IMG/VR virus record: IMGVR_UViG_3300036785_000282
Location: 1 to 50,776 of that record
Origin: a virus
Lineage: Duplodnaviria; Caudoviricetes
DNA length: 50,776 bases
Strand: one strand, 5' to 3'
This document shows positions 18,868-29,756 of this stretch, in pieces. Below the pieces are notes generated by a model. It did not search any database, was not told the origin of the DNA, and worked only from the letters and a program-made list of their open reading frames with translations. How positions within the stretch are numbered: the stretch's first letter is position 1; every line of letters starts with the position of its first letter. Position numbers and translations under genes: made by a program.

Positions 18868-21416
18868 TCATCTTTATAATAACGATTGTCATAATTAATG
18901 CATGTCAAACCCACTTGATAATTGTTATCTCTTCCTGATGGTTCCATTGACTGGACTAACATTGCAAGGGATGAACGTAAATCATCAGCAGATATAACAT
19001 ACGCCGTTTTATCTCTAAACCATCCTGTGTAAATATCCACAGATGGTGATGAACCTAATACTATTTCAAATTCATCATTACCTTGAGTGATAGGTATATT
19101 TTCCAAAGTACCTAACCTACCTGTCAAAGTGATACTATAATTTACACCGGTTTGTAATGTTACAGGATCTGATAAAGTTAGGACTAGACCATTTACTGAG
19201 TTTACATAACCTTCGGTTTGATTCAATCGTGTATTATCAATCATATCTATACGCATTCCCGGCGATGTCTGTAACCCTATACTAAGGGTGCTTGTCTCAT
19301 GAGTAATCCGCTGATATCTGAGTTTGTTCATTTCTCTGTTTGCTTTAATATTAGCCAAATAAAGAGACTGACAAGCCAACAGATCTATTTTATTTAAGTT
19401 AGTTTCTTCACCAACTGTTGTATACATATAACTTAATTTGTCGTGATCGAAATATTTAATTTGCACTCCTGTATAGTTTTTAGGTGGTGAAAAACTACGT
19501 GTACGTTTATCTGTATCAGGAACTTTAAAAGCATGGCCGAATTGCATGGCTGATTTTTCCTGTGGTAGTTCAGGCCATAAATGAATAACATTACCTAATT
19601 GAAACGGCATACAGTTAACAGGTGAACAAATTGTTTGCAATGCTTCTTCATACGTCGTAGATACATCATCAAATGTATAACCTACTTGTATTGCTCTCAC
19701 ATCACCGAAATAATCTAATAATGATTGTTCTACTAATCTTAAATCGGTTTCATCTATAGTTGCTAATGTACGTCTGCCAAAATAAGGATCGGTATGCATT
19801 GATAAAATAACATCAGCCATATTTTCATAAGCCACACCATTATAGCGCCTTACCGCTTTCATATTAAGCTTACGTTCTTTCTGTTTTAATGCCGCATTTG
19901 TAGCTTTAGCCACAGAATGAACTAAAGATACATTTCCGTAATTTCGGGCAGGTACGTTATTGATTGCATATAGATCACGCCATTTTATAGAATCAGATAC
20001 AGAACCTTCAAAATCTTTATCTGTGTTATCGATTCGACGCATAGTTACATTCACGGCATCAGGCCATGGGTTATCTACTCGCAAAGTAGCACCGACAGAT
20101 TCAGAAAACCTACCGGATATAGAAACATCATGGGTTATTTCCGGTGATGATGGATCAGCTGGGTTAGTTAAAATCATCTGACAAAGTACAGTTATTGGAT
20201 AAATATCACCATCTGTTTTATACACCCCATTTTGAGCATACAAATTAACCATTATCTGATCGCAGTTTTCCAATAAATAAGGGCCTACCTGATAAGGTCT
20301 TTCCGCGTCTAAAATGGGCGTAAACATAACTTGAGCACCACCATGTGAGTCATCTAGTGCCCAATTACCTCCTCCTAAATCCCACGCTTTTAGATACGCA
20401 GGTTGACCAGTGGAACTTAAGTAACCCCAGTCCGTTTCCTTACCAGTTATATCTAAGCTTAAAATATCTTCACCAGAAAATACTACATCATATTCCCCGG
20501 ATAAATCATGACGTTTATAAGTACCGTCGGGAATACCTAATACCATATTAGGTTCGAAACTATAAAAATCAGTAATTAATATTGTTGTACCGATCGGTGC
20601 TCTATCTGACCAATCTAATGTTGTACTTTCATCTGTACTAGTCGTTTCTATATTACCATTCGAATATAAAGTGAAATTCAAATTTTGCACACTGCTATAG
20701 TTCGGTGGTCGTAATTCCGAACCATCTGCCTCATTTGATGATTTAGCCGTCATGATTGGGAATTTATTTAAATCGATATCTTCACCAATTTTTAGATATG
20801 GCGAACCCATTCCCGGTGAGTTATCGGGACGATAAAATGATAAAGATGTACCGGTTATATTACTAGCCGGTGTTAAACCATCACGTATATCTGATAAATC
20901 ATATTCCCCTGACCCTATACACAGGAATTGAACCTCATATTCAGATCCTTCATAGAAAATACGATAGTCCATTAATAGGTCTGGGTAAGCCCTTACTCCA
21001 CCTCTAATATCCGCAATACGCTCACCCGGTCTAGGGCTGTTTGTACGCCCTTGTAACGAGTTATTAGAAGAAGATACTCGGCTATTTCTACCTACCCCAT
21101 TCAACCCCGGACGTGGCGCAAGAACATATGCCGCTACAAACGCTACAGCTGCTATGATATATGGGATGAATGGTATAGCAGGGCCAGCAGGAAGGATCAC
21201 TAATATATAAGTGCCGTTTTCATCCATTAACACGGATTCATCAGTTACCCACTTTTGAGTAATATCATTTTCATTACAAACTGAATCTTTATAGATTTTC
21301 ATCCCCCGTGGGCGAACTGAACCAACCGGCCATTGTTCTAACATCCAGTCACCCAACAACGGCGCTTCTGCTTCTATATATTCAGATGGATTAGGAAAAT
21401 ATAATATTTTAGCCAT
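18855..21416 (-). CDS. tail tip / host-specificity protein (lambda J-like)
   Basis: 853 aa; SNNSL.GRTN.PR..ERI.DI.G motif; last gene of the tail operon. Confidence 0.85.
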   Translation of the reverse strand: MAKILYFPNPSEYIEAEAPLLGDWMLEQWPVGSVRPRGMKIYKDSVCNENDITQKWVTDESVLMDENGTYILVILPAGPAIPFIPYIIAAVAFVAAYVLAPRPGLNGVGRNSRVSSSNNSLQGRTNSPRPGERIADIRGGVRAYPDLLMDYRIFYEGSEYEVQFLCIGSGEYDLSDIRDGLTPASNITGTSLSFYRPDNSPGMGSPYLKIGEDIDLNKFPIMTAKSSNEADGSELRPPNYSSVQNLNFTLYSNGNIETTSTDESTTLDWSDRAPIGTTILITDFYSFEPNMVLGIPDGTYKRHDLSGEYDVVFSGEDILSLDITGKETDWGYLSSTGQPAYLKAWDLGGGNWALDDSHGGAQVMFTPILDAERPYQVGPYLLENCDQIMVNLYAQNGVYKTDGDIYPITVLCQMILTNPADPSSPEITHDVSISGRFSESVGATLRVDNPWPDAVNVTMRRIDNTDKDFEGSVSDSIKWRDLYAINNVPARNYGNVSLVHSVAKATNAALKQKERKLNMKAVRRYNGVAYENMADVILSMHTDPYFGRRTLATIDETDLRLVEQSLLDYFGDVRAIQVGYTFDDVSTTYEEALQTICSPVNCMPFQLGNVIHLWPELPQEKSAMQFGHAFKVPDTDKRTRSFSPPKNYTGVQIKYFDHDKLSYMYTTVGEETNLNKIDLLACQSLYLANIKANREMNKLRYQRITHETSTLSIGLQTSPGMRIDMIDNTRLNQTEGYVNSVNGLVLTLSDPVTLQTGVNYSITLTGRLGTLENIPITQGNDEFEIVLGSSPSVDIYTGWFRDKTAYVISADDLRSSLAMLVQSMEPSGRDNNYQVGLTCINYDNRYYKDDKPL

Positions 21417-21762
21417 TGTATCGCCCGTATCTTATGATTTTATGTGTTAATTTAACGATATATAATGGTGACCGTATCGCTTGACCTATGGAATTTGCAG
21501 GTTTATAACAATGATGTACCATACCATCATCCCATACACCGATGTGTAAGCCACCACCATAACGGTTTTCCATAACTACTAAAGCACCTTGTTCTAATTC
21601 ATCAATAGGCGTGAAGTGCTTACGCATCCATTTTATAAAACGTATATCCCATTCTGATTTGGCAACGGGTGTTAATACTTGGCCTAGACCGTTTAACTCG
21701 TACCATTGAGCCACTTCATGTGTACAATTCCAATGGTCGGTATTATAGATGTCACCAATCAT
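21409..21762 (-). CDS. NlpC/P60-like tail tip assembly protein
   Basis: WNC.H, HIGVW and V.H motifs. Confidence 0.8.
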   Translation of the reverse strand: MIGDIYNTDHWNCTHEVAQWYELNGLGQVLTPVAKSEWDIRFIKWMRKHFTPIDELEQGALVVMENRYGGGLHIGVWDDGMVHHCYKPANSIGQAIRSPLYIVKLTHKIIRYGRYNG

Positions 21763-22274
21763 ACCGAATACGCTAATAATGTAGGAAATCTAGTAAAAGT
21801 GAATATCTCACCAGTACCCGCAAAATTAGTTATAGGAGGGCTTGCCGTGAATGTACAGCCATCTGGTGAAAAAGTAATATCCCCAGCCTGTAGATCATAA
21901 GGGCCATCCTGTATATCTGAAACTGTACCATCTTCACGATATACAAATGTTCGTAGTATAACCTGTGGCTTTTCTTCAGATTCAAGTGGTATCAAGTCTA
22001 AATGTTCACCTACTATTTGATTCAGATCCTGAATAGTAAAAGTGAAGTCTTGAGATAAATCCGTTTGCTTACTCGCTTTTTTTACAGCCATGGGTACATA
22101 TTGATATTCGTAGCTATTAGCATCTTCTTCTACCCCAATAAATCCGGGATATGCTGCCGATAGTCTTATAGAATCAGGCCATGCTGAATGACGTATTTCT
22201 ACACCATCTAAGATACCTTTACCGGTTGTGGCAGTAGTAAGGAGTTCTTTTAATTCATCTTTCATGATCACCAC
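21759..22274 (-). CDS. minor tail protein (DUF1833/gpL-like)
   Basis: Synteny; EIRHS motif and C-terminal TGEIFT..RFP.L. Confidence 0.75.
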   Translation of the reverse strand: MVIMKDELKELLTTATTGKGILDGVEIRHSAWPDSIRLSAAYPGFIGVEEDANSYEYQYVPMAVKKASKQTDLSQDFTFTIQDLNQIVGEHLDLIPLESEEKPQVILRTFVYREDGTVSDIQDGPYDLQAGDITFSPDGCTFTASPPITNFAGTGEIFTFTRFPTLLAYSV

Positions 22275-22756
22275 ACTCCATTTAAATATTTACCTAAATC
22301 AGTGATTGCATCAGTCATTGACTTACTGCAATCACCGTAACATTGCTGGAACAGTTGCCGTGCTCCAGCGGTACAGCGGTCAAATATAGGTACAGCCTGT
22401 AAAGATAAATTCAGTGTACCTGACCAGCCATTAGTTGTTAAATTTGGCCTAGCCATCAACTGAACAACATGTGTTTGAATTATGCCGTTCACCAATAATT
22501 CCATATTAAACCGTTTAGAACCTTCAGCTATAGTATAATTGTAAAAATCATCCCACCAAATTAATTTAGCTGGTGAATTAAACATAACCGAACAAGTTAC
22601 ATCAAACGGCCCACCGAACACACTACGCCCCAACCGGTTTAATGTGCCTGCTTGACTGGATGAAGTAATACCCCACGGGTTAGCAAAACTATAGCTGTCC
22701 CGTTCAGGTCTTAAAAATTCACCACCATATTTGAAATCTGGTAATTCTTCATCCAT
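22268..22756 (-). CDS. distal tail protein
   Basis: Immediately after the TMP gene; G...F.M.L motif. Confidence 0.7.
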   Translation of the reverse strand: MDEELPDFKYGGEFLRPERDSYSFANPWGITSSSQAGTLNRLGRSVFGGPFDVTCSVMFNSPAKLIWWDDFYNYTIAEGSKRFNMELLVNGIIQTHVVQLMARPNLTTNGWSGTLNLSLQAVPIFDRCTAGARQLFQQCYGDCSKSMTDAITDLGKYLNGVW

Positions 22757-22757
22757 T

Positions 22758-25652
22758 TTAGTTTCTCCGAACCATGTTATAATTCGCGTTTAGTGACTTG
22801 TTAGATTTACTATAAGGATCTGCGATCTGACCCGCAACTAATGTAGGTACCATTTCGCCTACTATCACACGAACCTCATCAGGTGTCGCCCCTTTCTCTA
22901 CTCTTACCCTGTCACCACCGTAATTATTCACTGTTACTTTTGGTTCCGATGTCTGTGTACCTTCACGATACGTACCATTGTTCATTGCCTCAAGGGTGTT
23001 CCTGTATCGGGACGTGGCGGGTGCTGTACTGACAAACTCACCATTGGATAGGTTTGCTCTAACAGAGTCACTACGGCCCGTTCCCGGCCCGGAAACATAA
23101 CCACCATCCGCATAGTTAAGACTGCTCAAACTTCCTAATATCTGTGTCCCCTGTGCTAATGCACCAGCGATGAATGGAATGTTATACGGAAACCCGAATT
23201 TCATCGCTTCAGCAACGTTTTGATAAAGTGCGATACTTGCTTGTGCAATAGCAAAAGCTTTAGATGCAGCAAATAAACCCTTATATATACCTGATTGTTC
23301 ACCGGCATAGTTTTTTGCCAGATTGGCAGATGCACCAAAGAAATCCGCTGATGCGCCGAGTAACATACCCTGTGCACCTAACATTATATCTTGTCGTTGC
23401 TTTTCTGCATCTGCTTGTATTTGTGTTTTAGTATCTTGATATTCTTGTTCATTGACTAAATCAGCTTGACGAGCCTGTTCTAAAACACTTTGACGCTGTG
23501 CCTGTTGTGCACCCACATCGGCCAGTTCATTCTGTAACGGACTCTGTGAAGCACGAGTTAACTCAGTAGTCAGATCGCCGTACTGTTTAGCAGCCTGTGC
23601 TGCCTGCTGTTGTTTATAAAGTGATGCAACATACTGATCCACAGCAGCACGTTCTTTATCAGTAGCATTTTTATTTAACTTACTCTGTGCTTCTTTTTGT
23701 TGTGATGCTAACGCATATTTACTTTGTTCAGCAACTAGCCGTTGTATCGTTGTGACCTGATCATCATTGGCTGTACTTTCTGCTTTTTTCAGTTGGATAG
23801 CAATTTTAGTTGCTTCTAAATCCAATGCATCAGCTGCTACTTTTACTTTCAAAGTGTCAATGTATTTCGCGTTGGCTATCTGATTTCTTTCTAATTCTTT
23901 TTGTGCACGTTTTGCAGCAGACTCTTGTTCGCGGGTCGCTTTCTTATCTGCTTTTTTTGCTTCTGTAAGATTGTAAATTTCAGCCGCATTTTTACGAGCT
24001 AATTCGATTTCCTCTTTAGTCGCTTTCGCACCTAATCGTTGTTCGGCACGTAATTGCGCCGCTGCTACGCCGCTCAATCTGGCAACAGCTAACTGTTCTT
24101 GCTGGGTCTTGAGTGCTCTTTTTACTTCTTTATCTTGAACAGGTTTAACTGTAGCAGCAGTAATATCGGATTGTAATGCACCTGCTTTTTGAGCAACACC
24201 CGGTGGAATCGGTTTAGAATTTTCTAAATCTTTACCAACTTTGAGTTGCTGTTTCGCTAAGTCAATATCTAACTTACGACGCCGTGTTAATTCTGCCTGT
24301 GCTTCAGATGTATTATTTACAAATTTGGTATAACCACCGAATGTATTAGTTGTATAACCGTTTGCAATACTAGCTTCTAATTCATCAATAGCTTTAGTAT
24401 TTTTTGCACGTTCTTCTGTTACTGAATTTAATCGGTTTGTTGCCCCTGCTATTTTATCTAATTCAGCGGCACTTTTCATCATACCGCTAACATCTGCCAC
24501 ACCACCGGCTAACCAGTCTAAGAAACGTGCAAGATATTTAGATGATCCTATTTGAGTATCTAATTGTTCAATTGCTACTTGTAAATTATTGGTTAATGCA
24601 TTACTTGCTTGCTCAACAGTACGCGGCATTTTCGCAAATTGAGCATTAACTTCATCAGATGCGTTATTAATAAGCAATAATTTATCGGTAGTAATTTGTC
24701 CTTCACTACCAAGTTGTTTTAGTTCACCTACAGTTACACCCATTTCTTTTGCAAGAATACGCAAAAGAACCGGCATGTTTTCACTTACCGATCTAAATTC
24801 ATCACCCTGTAAACGTCCTGATGCAAATGCTTGTGATAATTGATATAACGCACTTGATGCTTCTTTCGCACTTGCGCCAGAAACTACAGCCGATTTTTGA
24901 AGGGTATCAGTAAATTTTAAAAGTCTATCCGAACCAATACCAAGAGATTGACCAGTAGCGGCAAAACGTTGAAATACTTGAGCCGTATTTTCTAATGGTG
25001 CACCAGCTGCGTTAGCGATATTCACAAGCTGGGAAAACGTATCATTGGCTTGTGCTTGGCTAGCTGAATAAAGTGAAATACGGGCTTGTAATAACTGTAT
25101 TTTATCAGCAGTGTCTACAAATGCTTTACCCCAGTTATAGATTTGGTTAGCAACCGCTAAACCAGCCAATAGTTTTACAGTAGATATTAGACCATCTACT
25201 GCTGTCTTTGTTTTTTGGATCGGCTGTTCTGTATTTTGCTGCACCGATTGCAAACGTTTTAAAGCCGCCGTTAATTCATCGGTGGCTTTCTTTTCATCAG
25301 CAGTGGCTTGTTTAATTGTACGAGAAAGCTGTATGTATTTAGATTGATTATTTACAGTTTCCCCGGCTTGACGGGCAATAGATGCTTGCGTAGCTAATAA
25401 GCGTGATTGTTCCTGTGCCATAGCCTTAGTAGCTTGAGCAGCGGCAACAGTCTTAGCAGCAGCGTTAGCCTGACGTTGAGCTAATTTGACGGCTTGGTCA
25501 TTAACTAGTTTTTGTGCATCAGAAAGGGTATTAGCTGCATTGGCAGCGGCAATTGTAGATTTTGCAGTTGTTTGTAATTTATTATCTAAAGAATCAAGCC
25601 CCCTTTCGGCGGGGGCTGTTTCAATTTTAATATCAATTGGATATTGGGCCAT
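22758..25652 (-). CDS. tail tape measure protein
   Basis: 964 aa, A/Q/K-rich helical; QLSQAFASGRLQGDEFRSV motif; GGYVSGPGTGRSDS near the C-terminus. Confidence 0.95.
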   Translation of the reverse strand: MAQYPIDIKIETAPAERGLDSLDNKLQTTAKSTIAAANAANTLSDAQKLVNDQAVKLAQRQANAAAKTVAAAQATKAMAQEQSRLLATQASIARQAGETVNNQSKYIQLSRTIKQATADEKKATDELTAALKRLQSVQQNTEQPIQKTKTAVDGLISTVKLLAGLAVANQIYNWGKAFVDTADKIQLLQARISLYSASQAQANDTFSQLVNIANAAGAPLENTAQVFQRFAATGQSLGIGSDRLLKFTDTLQKSAVVSGASAKEASSALYQLSQAFASGRLQGDEFRSVSENMPVLLRILAKEMGVTVGELKQLGSEGQITTDKLLLINNASDEVNAQFAKMPRTVEQASNALTNNLQVAIEQLDTQIGSSKYLARFLDWLAGGVADVSGMMKSAAELDKIAGATNRLNSVTEERAKNTKAIDELEASIANGYTTNTFGGYTKFVNNTSEAQAELTRRRKLDIDLAKQQLKVGKDLENSKPIPPGVAQKAGALQSDITAATVKPVQDKEVKRALKTQQEQLAVARLSGVAAAQLRAEQRLGAKATKEEIELARKNAAEIYNLTEAKKADKKATREQESAAKRAQKELERNQIANAKYIDTLKVKVAADALDLEATKIAIQLKKAESTANDDQVTTIQRLVAEQSKYALASQQKEAQSKLNKNATDKERAAVDQYVASLYKQQQAAQAAKQYGDLTTELTRASQSPLQNELADVGAQQAQRQSVLEQARQADLVNEQEYQDTKTQIQADAEKQRQDIMLGAQGMLLGASADFFGASANLAKNYAGEQSGIYKGLFAASKAFAIAQASIALYQNVAEAMKFGFPYNIPFIAGALAQGTQILGSLSSLNYADGGYVSGPGTGRSDSVRANLSNGEFVSTAPATSRYRNTLEAMNNGTYREGTQTSEPKVTVNNYGGDRVRVEKGATPDEVRVIVGEMVPTLVAGQIADPYSKSNKSLNANYNMVRRN

Positions 25653-25929
25653 GTGTTTTCTTCCTCGCTGCTCGCATGGTGGTTATGATCCGCCATAACA
25701 GATCTGTACTCACACCATAATACACCGCGTACTGATTACACGCTACCCATGGCTGATCCAATAAATCAAGGAAAGCATACCAATAAAATATAGCGTCTGG
25801 CCTAAGTACAGGCCGTTGTTTCACAATAACGGGTGTAACTTGCCCACGAGCGGCGGCCCCCTCTGCTACCCAGTCGAGATCATCCCCGTCTGTGCTATCC
25901 ATCCAGAGGAGGAAAGTTATTAGTTTTTT
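25633..25929 (-). CDS. tail assembly chaperone, frameshift-extended part (gpT-like)
   Basis: Reached from the upstream gene by a -1 shift at A AAA AAC; W.AF.DL motif. Confidence 0.75.
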   Translation of the reverse strand, partial: KKLITFLLWMDSTDGDDLDWVAEGAAARGQVTPVIVKQRPVLRPDAIFYWYAFLDLLDQPWVACNQYAVYYGVSTDLLWRIITTMRAARKKTHGPISN

Positions 25930-26336
25930 GTTACTTCCTCTTCCCATTTAGTTTCGAAATTTTCCGAAACAATGGTATGGCTTATAATTTTTGTAAATAC
26001 AGATGACCCGAAACGTGGGTCTTTTAAAAGTTCAATAGCATCACCTACTGAAAATTCAACTTTATTACCATCATCATCTGAAAGTTCCCAATCTAAAATG
26101 ATGACGTTAGCCACAAAATTAATAATATCATCTGAATAATCAGATTTATAAAGCCGTGTAAAGAAATCCTCTGACGATGGGTTATTACGAAAATAATCCG
26201 CCGAACGAGCATTATATGCTTGGTTAGATACAGCCAGATGTAAAATTACCATTTTAAAACTATCATTAAGTTCTAAAATAGATGATGCAGACAGTGATAA
26301 TGGTTGGAGTGCTTTAGATAATTTATTGAATTTCAT
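25920..26336 (-). CDS. tail assembly chaperone (gpG-like)
   Basis: Between the tail tube and TMP genes; ILDWE..DDDG.KVEFS motif. Confidence 0.8.
   Translation of the reverse strand: MKFNKLSKALQPLSLSASSILELNDSFKMVILHLAVSNQAYNARSADYFRNNPSSEDFFTRLYKSDYSDDIINFVANVIILDWELSDDDGNKVEFSVGDAIELLKDPRFGSSVFTKIISHTIVSENFETKWEEEVTKN
25923..25929 (-). other. -1 ribosomal frameshift slippery site AAAAAAC
   Basis: ACA AAA AAC TAA ends the chaperone gene; the -1 frame stays open to 25633. Confidence 0.8.
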
Positions 26337-26425
26337 TTTAATTTCCTAGTCGGGTTAGGGTGTGTGGTACTGCCCGACACAGTACCACACGTTTCACTGA
26401 CATAAAGCCGGGCCAGTTACTTTTA

Positions 26426-27865
26426 TTAAGGTATATATTTAAACAAACTAATGCCTATAACATAACCTAATTCAGTTTCTTGATATGCAGTACCTGTTAC
26501 AGTGACTTTAATCTTTTCACCTGCTGTTAGATTTTTTCCACCATCCCCTAGTGTCAATGATGGTAGGTTTAAAACAAACATCCCTTCGCCATTTTTACCA
26601 GCTAATTCAAAATTAACACTAATGTTATTTCGGATAGCTGCTAATACCGCGCCGTTTGTCATTACAGTTTCAGTATCTAAAGTAATATCTAAATTACCTA
26701 AGTTAGTGAATGCCGCACCTTCAATACCTAATACGTTTTCACCTGCCACATTGTTATTGATAGTAACAGTTGTATCTTTTAGATATGTACTCAAACCATT
26801 ATCATCAATATCACTTAAACGTACACGGTTTAAATTTGTTACTGTGTTATAAGCTTCACTATCAATGTAATTGGTATAACCAATACCCGGTAATGCTACA
26901 GTTACGGGTTCTTCCATATCCTGTGCGACAAATGTAAGATCCGTCGTCATTTTATCATTCAATGGCGCATTGATAGTCATTTGGTTAGCTGCTACACCAC
27001 GGGCATATTCATATATCACAGGGTCAGTATTATAACGTGCTTCCATAGTATAATCTTGTTTTACATAATCAGCGCTACCGACATCAACATTTCTTACGAA
27101 TTGAGAAATATAAATACTAACGGTTTTTCCTGTACCAGCTTCAGTAACAAATTCACTATTTTGCAAAACAATAGCGTTTTCTGTCACATCGCCCACACGG
27201 GCTAATTTACTTGTAACGGTTTGGGTAAACCCTGATAAGTAAATATACTGACCTTTCACTAAACCTAAAGTGGTCAAGTCCAAGTCTGTAGTAATTAAAT
27301 CACCATTAGCGTCAATTGACACATCACCTACAGCAGCGGTGCGCCCTACAGCATGTAATCGAGCAGTAACAGGAACATCAGTTTCAACTGTCAAGCCAGC
27401 AACGACCACTTTAGTAGCTGTACTTGCTGCGCCAACAGTTTTTAAGCCATTGTTCGCCGTTTCGTTAAACCCGGTAGCATAAACTAAAGTGCCTTGTGGT
27501 AATGCACCATTAGCCACGACTACATAGCCATCTGCGGCAACATCAGCCACACTTAGATCAGTGGCACCTAAGCCCCGCCATTTCGAATAAAGGAACCCAT
27601 CAGCCCAATACTCTATCGCATCAAGTGTGATGTCATGCTGGAATGCAGGTGCTGATTCTAAATTAGTTACGGTACCCTTGCGTGCTACACGATCAACACT
27701 TATAGGGTTACGTGCCACTTTAGTAATATCGGCACTATATGATGTAATTTCGTTGGGTTGCTGAATAGTCCACTCAGTGGAACTGGTTGGTTCGCAGATC
27801 TTAGCCACGGAAAGCCGCGTAGCATTTACATCTGCTGCTGGTATTTGAGTACATTTAAAAACCAT
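26426..27865 (-). CDS. major tail tube protein
   Basis: 479 aa; beta-rich; synteny; R.PIS..R..RKG motif. Confidence 0.85.
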   Translation of the reverse strand: MVFKCTQIPAADVNATRLSVAKICEPTSSTEWTIQQPNEITSYSADITKVARNPISVDRVARKGTVTNLESAPAFQHDITLDAIEYWADGFLYSKWRGLGATDLSVADVAADGYVVVANGALPQGTLVYATGFNETANNGLKTVGAASTATKVVVAGLTVETDVPVTARLHAVGRTAAVGDVSIDANGDLITTDLDLTTLGLVKGQYIYLSGFTQTVTSKLARVGDVTENAIVLQNSEFVTEAGTGKTVSIYISQFVRNVDVGSADYVKQDYTMEARYNTDPVIYEYARGVAANQMTINAPLNDKMTTDLTFVAQDMEEPVTVALPGIGYTNYIDSEAYNTVTNLNRVRLSDIDDNGLSTYLKDTTVTINNNVAGENVLGIEGAAFTNLGNLDITLDTETVMTNGAVLAAIRNNISVNFELAGKNGEGMFVLNLPSLTLGDGGKNLTAGEKIKVTVTGTAYQETELGYVIGISLFKYIP

Positions 27866-27884
27866 AGTTGCGGTTCTCCATAAA

Positions 27885-28307
27885 CTAAGCTACGTTGTCA
27901 AATTCATATGTTAGCACACAGTTGCATAAATACCACGCCTCAGATCGACCTTGTGCACGGATATCTACGCCAGTATATTTTAATGGTAGATCCTGCCATC
28001 GTCCCTCGAAAAGATTACCCAACTGTTCAGCAATTGCTATACATAATTGGTCTTGACCATATCCGACGGGTGTACGAACTTGTAAAAATATATTACCCGT
28101 TCTTAAACGTCTACGACATACCCCGTCACCACCTAATGTAGTTATAGCCCATGGGCCGGGAACATGACTAAGTATTAATCCGGGTATTTCAGTATCATCA
28201 TTCGGAATATTACCTGACAAAATAGTAAATCGTTCTGGCAATATTTCAGAAGGTAATGAAGCCGCTACTACTTTATAAACTATATCTGAAACATCGGACT
28301 GATTCAT
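27885..28307 (-). CDS. tail terminator protein
   Basis: Synteny; G....Q..TP.G.G motif. Confidence 0.7.
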   Translation of the reverse strand: MNQSDVSDIVYKVVAASLPSEILPERFTILSGNIPNDDTEIPGLILSHVPGPWAITTLGGDGVCRRRLRTGNIFLQVRTPVGYGQDQLCIAIAEQLGNLFEGRWQDLPLKYTGVDIRAQGRSEAWYLCNCVLTYEFDNVA

Positions 28308-28729
28308 GAGTTAAACCTCACTTTAATACCAGCTGAAAGAATGGCACGTTCTACATAACCACTTGGTGTTTGTCTACTATGTCCGCCATTCAAAACGCCA
28401 ATATATGGAACATTGTTAGTTATATAAAGAGTTTGCCCATTTACTTTTATACTTGATATTGACATTGTGTCTTGATCTATTCTGGCTTTACTTGTTTCGA
28501 TATTACCAGTATCTGTATTTGGACTGTTAGCACTAGCACCTTCAGCAAACCACCAGTTGTTGGTTGCCCATCCTGTATCTACTGGTGTACCTATTGGTGG
28601 TTCACTGATTAAAATATTACGCAAGGTTAATACATAACGAATTACCTCACGATCTGTAAAATCGCGAAGGTCGGCACTGATATCTTTAAATACACCAGTT
28701 ATTTTATTGATATCGTTAAGCCTGCTCAT
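28304..28729 (-). CDS. neck/tail completion protein (HK97 gp10-like)
   Basis: TPVDTG..NW and ITNNVPYI..LN.GHS.Q.P.G motifs. Confidence 0.85.
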   Translation of the reverse strand: MSRLNDINKITGVFKDISADLRDFTDREVIRYVLTLRNILISEPPIGTPVDTGWATNNWWFAEGASANSPNTDTGNIETSKARIDQDTMSISSIKVNGQTLYITNNVPYIGVLNGGHSRQTPSGYVERAILSAGIKVRFNS

Positions 28730-29121
28730 TACGCTGCACCAAGTGGATGAATATAGGCCATTGCATCACCTAATAATCGGGGGTGTTGTTCAGTTAATAA
28801 TTTATATTTTTTACCACTCGTTTCTGTGATTATATCACCAAGTTGAGTAACACAAACGATATCTGGGAATCCGGGATTAACAACCAAAGATCGTTTGTCA
28901 AAAATAACCATGGTTGTAGTTACTCGTGTTTGTGTACCGGCATCCCATTTTATTTCCGGGTAGATATATCCCCGACCCGTCCATGAATAAATTGTGTCTA
29001 TACCGGGCTGTGTTGGCTTATTAGGGTCTTTGACAGTTACTTTACGGGTAACTGTCAAATCTTCCCCAGTCTCCAATAGCGCCCGTGTGACGCCATCTAA
29101 AACGTTAGCACGTTGATCCAT
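28729..29121 (-). CDS. head closure / head-tail joining protein
   Basis: Synteny and size. Confidence 0.65.
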   Translation of the reverse strand: MDQRANVLDGVTRALLETGEDLTVTRKVTVKDPNKPTQPGIDTIYSWTGRGYIYPEIKWDAGTQTRVTTTMVIFDKRSLVVNPGFPDIVCVTQLGDIITETSGKKYKLLTEQHPRLLGDAMAYIHPLGAA

Positions 29122-29500
29122 TATCTGAATCCTCTAATGTGATAGGTGGGTTATCAAATTGACCACGGCGAATTACTGGTGGGGCTACGCCTGTTAATGT
29201 TACCGAACCAGCTCCCATTAATGCACCAAACCCACCACCCGGAACACCAGCACCTAAATTTTTACGCAGAATTAAATCTTTTTTGATCTTATTCCACGCA
29301 TCAGCAGATTGGCTACCTGATAAACTAATTGGGCCAACTTTTATATCTGTTGAATTTGCTACCAATGATGCCATGTAATCACAAAGAGCGATTGCAACAT
29401 CGATATCTGAAGTATAACCGCCATCAATTAAATATTGGATCTGTTCATCTGGCAGATCAGGAACCGCAACAAGATAACGCACACCCTGCACTGTTGGCAT
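29105..29500 (-). CDS. head-tail adaptor protein
   Basis: VRYLV...L.DE.I.Y motif; synteny. Confidence 0.7.
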   Translation of the reverse strand: MPTVQGVRYLVAVPDLPDEQIQYLIDGGYTSDIDVAIALCDYMASLVANSTDIKVGPISLSGSQSADAWNKIKKDLILRKNLGAGVPGGGFGALMGAGSVTLTGVAPPVIRRGQFDNPPITLEDSDNGSTC

Positions 29501-29562
29501 TTTATCTACTCTTGTGATATGGGATTTAAATAACAGTGTATCATGACAATATAGCAGAAATC

Positions 29563-29583
29563 AAAAAACCCGCCGAAGCGGGT
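29563..29583 (-). terminator. intrinsic terminator closing the RNA cluster
   Basis: ACCCGC-TTCG-GCGGGT-TTTTT. Confidence 0.85.
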
Positions 29584-29719
29584 ATAATGACTGGGACTTC
29601 ATCATAGGATAATTTACGAGGGCTGCCAGAAACCTCGATTACCGCCTATGCGGGGTGATGCTACTTAACCTTCACATTCACCAATTCGCGCGGTTTTTAA
29701 GCCGGGGTTCCGAATCAAT
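29563..29719 (-). ncRNA. putative ~155-nt stand-alone small RNA
   Basis: Own promoter and terminator; no ORF; hairpins CCGC-ATAG-GCGG and CGAGG..CCTCG. Confidence 0.55.
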
Positions 29720-29725
29720 ACGGTA

Positions 29726-29755
29726 ATAATATTCTATTTCGGTCTATCTTGTCAA
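29726..29755 (-). promoter_or_regulatory. sigma70 promoter right after the tRNA-Leu CCA end
   Basis: TTGACA-18-TATTAT. Confidence 0.65.
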
Positions 29756-29756
29756 C

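Noticed and set aside
25597-25618. Strong GC hairpin at the start of the TMP gene
   Set aside because: It lies in coding sequence without a clear U tract; it could tune expression but nothing else supports that.
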